From Methanobacteriota archaeon (lineage in GTDB: Archaea; Thermoplasmatota; Poseidoniia; Poseidoniales; Poseidoniaceae): a stretch of 64,000 nt of DNA. Both the position numbers and the translations under genes were made by a program. The notes beneath the pieces were generated by a model, which was not told the origin of the DNA, ran no database searches, and worked only from the letters and a program-made list of their open reading frames with translations. The DNA lies in assembly GCA_002722615.1 (NCBI GenBank), contig PBMQ01000007.1, positions 29,228 to 93,227 on the forward strand, in the 5' to 3' direction. Positions 35,261-44,600 of this stretch are shown piece after piece; the stretch's first letter is position 1; every line of letters starts with the position of its first letter.

Positions 35261-35647
35261 TCAGTGCCCTTTTGGACGTTCATAATCAGGCGTAAGTCGA
35301 GAGAGTGTACTCGAATACTTTGCAGCACTAGTCAAGAACAAGACAATGGAAGCAAGGGTTAGGAGCGTGAGCATGATCAGCATATACCATCCCCACGGAT
35401 TGATATTTCGCACAGTCGTGATGTAGATCCCCCACAATACGGTAAGGTAGAGGAAAGGACGGTAACGACGGGTTACGGTACTAAGTCGAGCAGACCTCAA
35501 TGTGTCATCGTAGAGGTTCGCAACCTCATCTTTGCTAACGTAGCCGTGTTCAACTCCACAGCGTGAACAAACTTGTGTATTTGGTCCATTCCCGTGGATG
35601 AACGATTCCCTAGGATAGGTTCCTGAACAGAGTCGACAGATTGGCAT
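35261..35647 (-). CDS. small membrane protein with an N-terminal zinc-ribbon (CxxC...CxxC) and two TM helices
   Basis: The N-terminus reads MPICRLCSGTY...VCSRCG. Hydrophobic helices FLYLTVLWGIYITTV and WYMLIMLTLLTLASIVLFL follow. Confidence 0.5.
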   Translation of the reverse strand: MPICRLCSGTYPRESFIHGNGPNTQVCSRCGVEHGYVSKDEVANLYDDTLRSARLSTVTRRYRPFLYLTVLWGIYITTVRNINPWGWYMLIMLTLLTLASIVLFLTSAAKYSSTLSRLTPDYERPKGH

Positions 35648-35696
35648 CTTCTCCCCTCATTCCTGTCCAATCGATGCCGTCATTTCAACCATGCGC

Positions 35697-37895
35697 TCAA
35701 TAATCCAAGAATTTCGAGAGAATATTTTCTCCAGAAGGACTACCTACGGATTCAGGATGAAATTGGACACCAAAAACTGGATTTTTCTTTGAACGTAGTC
35801 CAAGGACAAGAGATTTAGTGTCATCAGTTGCATCAACAATTACACTCTTGTTACCGGCCGCATCGGTTGTTAGATGCGTTAAGGAGTTGTACCTCGTCAT
35901 TGATATGTCGCCAAGTTCAGCAAACAATCCACCTCCATTATGTAGGCATTTTACTGGGGTTCCATGGACTGGACCTACGGGACTTGGGACCAGTTCCAAA
36001 CCTGATGCAAGTCCAAGCGCTTGGTGTCCAAGACAGACCCCAAGCAAGGGGGGTGTTTCACCCCGAACCGCAAGTTTGGCAAATTCCATTGTCAGAGGAC
36101 TGTCTTGAGGCCATCCGGGTCCTGGGCCTAGAACAATATGCGAAGGCTGAAGTTCATTGATAAGTTGAGATGCTGAACGTTTGGATTGTTCTCTTCCAGA
36201 AATGATGTTGACATGATGCCCATGACCACATATGTCGTGAGCGATGTTGTAGGTGAATGAATCTAGATTATCGATAAGTAAAACTGCGTTCTTCTGAAAA
36301 TGTTTTGTATGGATTGAGGATGAAACCATATGATTGGATTGCCGATTCTCAAGGGGTAAAGAATGAATTGCGAGATGTTTGGATGTGGTTGTATGGATTG
36401 AACCCTCAAGCCAACCACACGATCGTAGGAGACCATTCGCTTTCCATTTCGCCTCAGCAACTTCTGATTTTGGATTTGATTCGATGGTGATTCCACCGCC
36501 CGCAGTCACACGAGCGGACCATGAGTCTCCTTTTCTATGAAGCTCAGCAGTCCGAATGAGGATGTTCCATGATGAGTCGCCCGTAGATGGGTCGAACCAC
36601 CCAAGCGACCCCGTCCAAAACGAGCGCGTCTTCTGTTCCAATTCATCAATCGCAGCGCAAACAACCGTTCTCGGGCAACCTGTAATCGAGCCTCCGGGAA
36701 AGATTTTCTCAACAGCATCAAAAACATCAACATCGGAATCCAACCGGCCTTTGATTCGTGATACGAGGTGCTGAACTTCTGCATAGACCTCAACATCGAA
36801 TCGTTCAACCCATACTTGGTTAGGCTGAGCAATCTGGCCGACGTCGTTTCGCATCAAATCAACCAACATTCGATGTTCTGCACGTTCTTTTCGATCGGAA
36901 ATCATGTCCTCTCGTAGTAATACTTCTTCTGCATCTGAAGCCCCTCTTGGTGCAGTTCCCTTGATTGGAGCTGTCGTAATGATGCCACGTTCTGTAGAGA
37001 GAAGTGATTCAGGTGATGCAGATACGAGAGCGAATTCCTCGTCCTTCATGTGAAGAAACCCAGAGTATGGTGCAGGATTTGAGGATACAGAGTGACAAAA
37101 GACAGCCCATGGTTCTGATTTTATTTCCCCCTCCCATGACCGCCCGTAATTAAGTTGATACAACTGACCATCGGTAATTGAGGACTGAACGCTGCGAACA
37201 ATCTCCTCGTGCTCTTCATCGGTGGAGTTGGAGAGAGGTGGCTGGCATTGAATTAATTCAGAGATTGGATTGGGCGCCTCATCTTCTTTCATGCAAGAAT
37301 CAACGCTTTGTTGCCACTCATAATCAACAGAAAGAACGGTGAGTTGTTCATTTTTTTTGTCGAAAACAATGCATCGTTCGATTTCCCATAAAACACAAAG
37401 CAGTTCTCCTTCCTTGGGAGGGTGCTGCAATTGGATAGGTTGGGTCAATTGGACCAGATCATACGATAATGCCCCAGCCCAAAACGGCCCATGTAAGGGG
37501 ACTCGTTCGGAGGTTTCTGCTGAAAAACGAGACTCATTACTAGCACACAAATCCCTCAAGCCAACAGCCAGAGAATCACTGGAAGTGGATGTATCAAGAG
37601 CCCATTTCTTGCCGTCCCAAAGTTGTCGTTGAAACTCGAATTGAGCCCCTTGCACGAGGTTTGTTTCACCAGAGAGAGGCGAATGGGGATGTGCTATTGG
37701 CAGGATGTCACGAGATGGTTGACGAACAATGACCCTTCGCTGTGATGGTCCACAAAGCACTGAGAACTGAGAGAGGTGACTCAATGGCCCCGATGAAATC
37801 AACATCAACTCATCAGGTGCACCATAGTTCCCTGCGTCTTTTCCAAGCAATCCTTTCACTATGAGGCGTTCTCGAAGAGAACTGAACGGCATCAT
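35697..37895 (-). CDS. fused chorismate-utilising enzyme: aminodeoxychorismate (or anthranilate) synthase component I (N-terminal) plus glutamine amidotransferase component II (C-terminal)
   Basis: The component I part has SPESLLSTERGIITTAPIKGTAPRG, RAEHRMLVDLMRNDVGQIA, FPGGSITGCPR and FWTGSLGWFD. The GATase part has VLLIDNLDSFTYNIAHD, PLLGVCLGHQALG and VFGVQFHPES. The ATG-ATG start at 37895 overlaps the upstream gene's stop (ATGA-type). Confidence 0.8.
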   Translation of the reverse strand: MMPFSSLRERLIVKGLLGKDAGNYGAPDELMLISSGPLSHLSQFSVLCGPSQRRVIVRQPSRDILPIAHPHSPLSGETNLVQGAQFEFQRQLWDGKKWALDTSTSSDSLAVGLRDLCASNESRFSAETSERVPLHGPFWAGALSYDLVQLTQPIQLQHPPKEGELLCVLWEIERCIVFDKKNEQLTVLSVDYEWQQSVDSCMKEDEAPNPISELIQCQPPLSNSTDEEHEEIVRSVQSSITDGQLYQLNYGRSWEGEIKSEPWAVFCHSVSSNPAPYSGFLHMKDEEFALVSASPESLLSTERGIITTAPIKGTAPRGASDAEEVLLREDMISDRKERAEHRMLVDLMRNDVGQIAQPNQVWVERFDVEVYAEVQHLVSRIKGRLDSDVDVFDAVEKIFPGGSITGCPRTVVCAAIDELEQKTRSFWTGSLGWFDPSTGDSSWNILIRTAELHRKGDSWSARVTAGGGITIESNPKSEVAEAKWKANGLLRSCGWLEGSIHTTTSKHLAIHSLPLENRQSNHMVSSSIHTKHFQKNAVLLIDNLDSFTYNIAHDICGHGHHVNIISGREQSKRSASQLINELQPSHIVLGPGPGWPQDSPLTMEFAKLAVRGETPPLLGVCLGHQALGLASGLELVPSPVGPVHGTPVKCLHNGGGLFAELGDISMTRYNSLTHLTTDAAGNKSVIVDATDDTKSLVLGLRSKKNPVFGVQFHPESVGSPSGENILSKFLDY

Positions 37896-38650
37896 GTCCA
37901 CACCTCCGTCCAATACTTGGCGTTGAGATACTGTTCCTCTAGAATTGAGATACACGTATCGAAGAGTCGAGAATTTTCATCACCTATTTGTTCCCCATCG
38001 ATCGATTCAATTTTGACAACACCAACCCCGCTCCCAACTGCAATGGCTTCCGTACATCGTGCAACTAATCGCTCATTTAGCAGTCCAGACTGAATATGAA
38101 ACCCTGCTGATAACAACGAATTCCGTAATGATTCAAACATAACAGAATCAACCGATAGAGAGGAATTACTGGACCACAAGACTCCATCTTCATCCATGAT
38201 AATTGGTGTACAACGGTCTCCATCAACGATTGCAAATTCATGAATCAATAAAGCCAAGTCTGCACCTGAACGATCGGCGTGATTTTTTGCTTCAGTGTAA
38301 GGTGCCCATGCACCATGTTTTGTTCCAGCAATCCGCTTTGGCCAAATTGGACTTGGTATTGTTACCGCATCAATGCACTCGTTTTGTATTGAAAATGGGC
38401 GATATGAAATCTTGAGTTCGGAGGTATTTGTACATTCAATTCGGACGAGACCTTCGGTCAATTCAGGTGGGTTTTCAAGCAATAATCCCAGAATAGAATC
38501 CCGATTGATTGAAATTTCATTAATTCTTAATCTCGTTGCATGCCTCAGCATCCGTTCAAGGTGCGAATCGAATAGGAATATGCCTTGAGATTTCGAGAAT
38601 CTCATCGTTGTAAAAACGGATGAGCGAGGGCTCTGTACATCCTCGCTCAT
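37892..38650 (-). CDS. class IV aminotransferase-fold protein, probable aminodeoxychorismate lyase (PabC-like)
   Basis: The N-terminus (...GIFLFDSHLERMLRHATRL...) is typical of fold-type IV PLP enzymes. It is 252 aa and translationally coupled to the PabB/A-like fusion. I did not confidently locate the catalytic Lys. Confidence 0.55.
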   Translation of the reverse strand: MSEDVQSPRSSVFTTMRFSKSQGIFLFDSHLERMLRHATRLRINEISINRDSILGLLLENPPELTEGLVRIECTNTSELKISYRPFSIQNECIDAVTIPSPIWPKRIAGTKHGAWAPYTEAKNHADRSGADLALLIHEFAIVDGDRCTPIIMDEDGVLWSSNSSLSVDSVMFESLRNSLLSAGFHIQSGLLNERLVARCTEAIAVGSGVGVVKIESIDGEQIGDENSRLFDTCISILEEQYLNAKYWTEVWT

Positions 38651-38689
38651 GAACGGTCCTTACCGCACTATGCCTTGAGCATCACGGTA

Positions 38690-41600
38690 TCACAACAAGT
38701 CGTCTAAGAACGACGTATCGATTGCTGGATTTGATTGCTGGCGGTTTGTTCCAATATCGAGATCGTTCAACAAGGAATCATCCACTGGTGTTCGCACTGG
38801 ATTCATGACCGGTCGTGAGGAAACGTATTGCTCACGGCCAATGTCTTGACGTTCGATTCTGTCAGCTGCTTGGAAAAGAGCATCTGCCTGTACGGGTGTA
38901 GTTGGCGGAGGGGGAGGGGCATTGATTGTTGGAGGAGTGTTCCAAGAGTCGTCGCTAATACCCCAAGTCGCAGTTTGGATTTCCCATTCTTTGTCCTTCT
39001 GCGACCTCGCCCCACGTCCCCGAACAATTGCAAGCAACAAGAAGAGCGAGATCATGATGAGGCCTGCAACAATGAGGTTGGGCGTGGTCAAGAGCGACTC
39101 GAGATTGTTCTCAGAAGTTGTTTCTTCGGATACCTGTCCTGAAGCATCGACTGCAGCAATCCTCTTGGCATCTACCGATTTCTTGACTTCATTTTCGTCG
39201 AAGGTTGTTACCGAAATAAACCAGTCTGATGTGTTTGAAAGATCTGAGAACAGCGCCTCTGTAATCAAAAACGAGTTTACAGTTCTGGTTTCTCCAAGAT
39301 AGGTTGCATCGGATATATCCATGAAGTCATCTGAACTAATGTGGATTTGATAGCCTTTGACACTGAGTTCATTTGTGTGATTCCAAGTGGCAAGAATATT
39401 CGTTTCTTCAACCCATATCAGTGTAATGCCTTCAATGGTAGGGAGATAATTGCCGGGGTCCGTTACACCGTCATCAACGGATTGAGCAGATACAACTGTC
39501 AAATCAGTTTTCAACGAGTTTGCTGCAGAATCAACAGGAACTACAGTCACCCAGGTTTCTTGTCCAGGTAGAACGGGTAGGTCGCCTGCGAGTGCTGAAA
39601 TTGTGATTGGGAATGATGGATTCCTATCGAGTGTAATGATTGGAGCATTAGGTCCGTCTGCACCAACTCCTACGCTGGTGTATGACCACGAAGCCGCATA
39701 AACCTCGTATTGATACACGTCACTAGCAGTTGATGGTTCGAATTCAAGGTGAAGTGCAGAGCCATCATCCATTGGACGATCGGTTAATGTTATGTTTTCG
39801 AGACGAGGTGGCGGGGTTGTATCTTTGAAGTTGTTGATGGGTACAACACTTGCTGAGAGTAACGAATCTGTGTACACATTTCCTTGGAGGTCGTGGACCG
39901 TTACGGTAACGAACAGTTCAACACCCGGTCGGATCAGTTGAGGCGTATCTGACGGTCCGAATTCATCGCTTTGTGTCGCTCCATATAGGGCAGTATTTAG
40001 AGTCAATTCGATTGGGTTCTTATCCTCGTCAATCCATTGTTTGTCGATCATAACACATCCACATGATGCAGGATCATCTCCGAAAGCATTCCAAAGATAT
40101 CCAACATCATCAACGGGTTTATCGGCGGCCCAGACGATGTATTTGCTAAAGTCGCCTGCATCCGAAATTGACCAAACAACATCAATTGCAGTACCGTCGT
40201 CATCAGGATGGTCGTAGGCTTGTATACTCTCAATGCGAGAAGGTGGCATTGCAGCACCGTTGGAATTGTCAATCGGCGTAGCAGTCACAATCTCAACATC
40301 ATTGAGATTGCTGTTGAGCCATGTATCATAGGCAACAACTCCGATGTAGTATTCCAAGCCGTTTCCAAGAGGCAATCCGTCAAGCTGAGACACAATTGTT
40401 GAATTTTCGCCACAGCTGTTGACGATGGTTGATTCAGAGAAACCAGCAACGGATGTAGGAGTGGTGGTGAACACGACTCCAGTGATCATGAAGACGACGT
40501 AATATGCACAATCATCAGCATCGCTTACATCCCAACCTACCGTGATTCTTCCGCCTTCATCATCAGGTGTGTCAATGGCCCAAACATTCTCGAGACGAGC
40601 AGGCGGTATGCCATCATCTACGCCTCCGACCGGGACGACTGGACCGATGATGGTTGCATTTAGCAAGTCTTCTTGATTGGTTAGATCGACACAAGTGAAC
40701 CCGAGCCAGTATGGTTTACCGGGTTCGAGGTTGAGGATTGTCGTGTTTCCTTCAGTCGGTAAAACAGCAGTTTCCGCAGACAGGCCGAGAATATTCGTCA
40801 TGGGTTGGGTTGAAGTGTAAATCCGAGTTTCCAGAAGGTCTAGAGCAGTACATCTAGCCCATTCAGTTTCCAAATCACCAGCAACCCCGCCATCGAGTGG
40901 CTGAGCAATTGCCCATTCAGGTGGTGTCGGTACTTCGTTGGATGTGGTGACTGGGCCAAACACTTGGCTCGGTAGTCCGTATCGACCGTTGTTGTATTCT
41001 ACAACGACAAGTGCATAATAATCGATACCATCAACCAAAGGAACACCGTTTGCGGTAGTAACGTCGGCCTTTAATCGACTGTGAATGGATTCCGATTTAT
41101 CGATGATTCGTCCTACGAGATCGATATCTGTAGGCAGGCCAGTCCAAGGTTGGTCGCTCACGTACACCAGATATCGGCTGAAATCAGGATCATGAACCAA
41201 TGTCCACTCAACGGTAATCGCGCCGCCACCGTCATCTGGACGGTCGTACATGTCAACGATCTCAACTGGCGTGTCGAGGCGAACCCAATCGTAGGTTAGT
41301 CGAACTTCAATTGAACCGTTTGAAGGAGCAATCAATTTGATTGGAACAAAGCGAGTTCCATTGAGCAATTGTCCGTTATTGACAGCGAGTTGGAGGCTGT
41401 CTTGAACACCTGAACTGTTGTTCAATTCGAGAATTGCATCGTATCTTAGTGTGTTTGATTTCGCCCAAACAGCAGCGTTAGAAACCGGGGATGTCATGAC
41501 CAGAGGAACTGTTTGGAACAAGAGGCCGTGGACTCCGGGTTGGCCAATCGATGCGTCCAGTGCTACTGGTGCATCAGGAGATACGAGATCAATGGCATAG

Positions 41601-44600
41601 CCCGGATGCGTCATGTTTGAGATGTCGATGTATTGTGAATTGAAACCGACGTTGAGCGGATTAGCGTAGCGAGAACTTTGACTTTCCATTTCATCAAACG
41701 CTGGTGCTGGTGTCCAACCTCGGACGCCTCCAGCATTGGAAACAAACCAGAAACCGTTGGCTCCAACTGCTACGTTGCTCGGGTTTTGGACCGTTGCAGA
41801 TTTGACGCTGGAATGTGTAGCTGTATGAGCCTCAACAATCGCCAGGCTGTTCAATCCCATGAGCATAAGATGCGTACCATCGCTGCTCATTCTGTAAATT
41901 GGCCATGATGGAAGTTGGAAACTTGCTAAACCATCTTCAAATTCATTCGAGAGACCATCATAGTGAACCATTGGGCCGACATCGGTTGCAATGTGGATTC
42001 CAGCATAATCGGATGCTACAGAGGTGACGTAGTTTGATGGAATTTGATCGAATCTATGTGTTTCGAGGACAGAGTTTGTAGAGGAATCTATCAACGTAGC
42101 GCCGGGGCGTTCTGATCCTGCACCATCGTGTCCGAGGATGAGTTGTACCCCTTGATTGATTGTTGGATTGGAATAGGTTTCAATGGACCATACCGAGTTA
42201 CCAAGTAATCCATCAGCGCTTGTGTTAGTACTGATTGCACCAGTTGTTGGGATGTATTGCGTCAAGCCACTTGCAGATGCAATGTAGAGCGTGTTGGAGA
42301 TGAATTTTACATCTTCAATGTTGGAAGATGGAAGCCCATCTGCTGTAGTGAGCGGATTATCCCAGTCGTTAGCGGTCATGTTCCAGCGCCCAATGCCGTT
42401 TTGAGTTGCAACGTAAACGAGGTCGTTAGAAACAGCGAAGCCTTGGATATTGTCCGATGGCAATCCAGACAGTAGTTGGCCGCTTCCGAATTGTTGGGTT
42501 GCAACATCAAATGTTTGGACACCGGCAGCGGTTGAAAAGGTTCCAAGTAATCCTACATATAGCGTTGAAACTCCGTTTGATTGGTAGAGCTTCAAACCAC
42601 TCAGGCTGTCATGAATCGAACCTGTCATTCGTTGCAGATTACCTGTTGTTGAATCGAGTGTGTACAGGCCGCTCCCAGACGTTGAGATGTAGATCATTGT
42701 TCCATCCATGATCATGTCTTCGATGGAGGTAAAGAACGGAAGAGACCATCCCTCTTCCCATTCAATTGCTCCAGTTGAGTTGAATGTTCCTTGCAGGATT
42801 CCTGCAGACCCCTGCCCTCCTCCGTTTCCATTTGTTGCTGGAGATTCTGTAGCAACCCATATTTTCGTCCCATCGCTCACCATTGAGCGAACGTTTCCAC
42901 TGACCAATGCTGGTAGCTCGAATGCTGTATACAAGCCCGAAGTACCAAGTTTGTCTACTCTGGAGTAGCCACTTGCCGCTCCAGCTTGTCCAATCAACCA
43001 TTCTGTTCCAGTGTGCTTGACGGATGTAACAGGGGTGCCGATCCGTTGCAAACTCGCTTGACCCGAAATTGCTCCAAGGGTGGAAATAATAGCAAAACCA
43101 CCAGCATCATCATATCCAATCATGAGTTTACCGTTTGCGTAATCCATTGCATCAAGCCACATTGGTTCTTCAGGAAGGTTGTTTGTACCTGCTGTAATCT
43201 TCGACAACCATGTACCAGTAGATGTGTCGTACTTTGAGATTCCTTGATTGTCAGCATCGTACCCAACGTACAATGTGTTTGCAGTGTCGCATGCTATTGC
43301 TGCTACACGCCCGTTGCTCAAGACAGATGTTGTAAACGAACCTTGGACGGAGGAACTGTTGAGGTCCATGTAAACAACACCACCGTTGTTGTTGAACAAT
43401 CCAATGTAAAGAGAAGAACCACATGTAGTCATCGAGAGAGGATATCCGTTGGGTATTCCATTCTGGCCTGTGTTGAAGGTCGTCCAGCCCCCTGTCGCCC
43501 CATCGAGATGCCCAACAATTCCTCGTTGGAATCCTCCCCAGCCTGCGAAGGTAGCCGAACCGACGACGAGATGACGGCCATCGGTCCACAACTCACCAAC
43601 CCAATCGCCCATGTTGTTTGGTAAACCATTTCCAGAAGTCCATGTTGATTCCCATGAAAACGAAGTCTCATTGAAGCGTTCCACGCCATCTTCTGTAGCG
43701 AAGAGAATGAGGCCATCGTACTCGATGATTTCTCGGATTGGGAATTCGAGGTTATCCCAGAATCCTAACTTTGTACCACTTGGGCTGTAGACTTCAAGTC
43801 CAATTTCGCCCCATGAGATCCATGTGTGGCCACTGGAGGACTCGTATGCCGTGACACGGTCTACTTGGCCAGATGGAAGAATGGATGTGTTCCAAGAACT
43901 TGTCGGAAGATCGTATTGAACGATGCCCCCGCTACCATCCTGATTCCACCATTGACCAGAGACGACACTCGCCAGCAAGGTGTCTCCAATGATTTCTAGG
44001 CCAACGATATCTCCGCCGTTTTCTCCAATTTCTTGACCTGCGTCAAGAGGAGTGATTGAGGCAAAGTTTGCAACATCAATCCCGTAAATGCTGTCACTTG
44101 ATGTCCCTTGGTGATAGTACATGGTGTTTCCATACATCGTTAAATCGTACGGATTGCCATTTCCTGAATACAATGAATTTGACTTTTCAATATCGTAGAA
44201 TTCAGTGCCGTTCGCAGTGCCAAGAAGTTGAAACCCATCTTGTCCACCAATCCAAATGTAGCCTGGTCGAATGTCAGCAATGAGGCTTGTAACCTCCTCA
44301 TTCCCTCCGTCGAGAACGTTATCTTCAGTCCATGTTTGAAGCCATTGGCTGTTGTTAATATCCCATCGAGCAACACCAATTCCAGTCAGTCCAATGTATG
44401 CAATATCATCTATGATTTCAATGACAGCGGAAGATGTTGAAGCGGTAGCCTCCCATTCACTATCAACAGTGAAGCTGCTCTTATCGATGAGTCCAACGCC
44501 GCTGAATGTTCCCCCGAAGACAGTTGTGCTGTTTGCACCTACAACGTATGTTGCCCAGTTCGGCATGCCGTCGTAAACATTGAGACAATCGTCAATTGCA

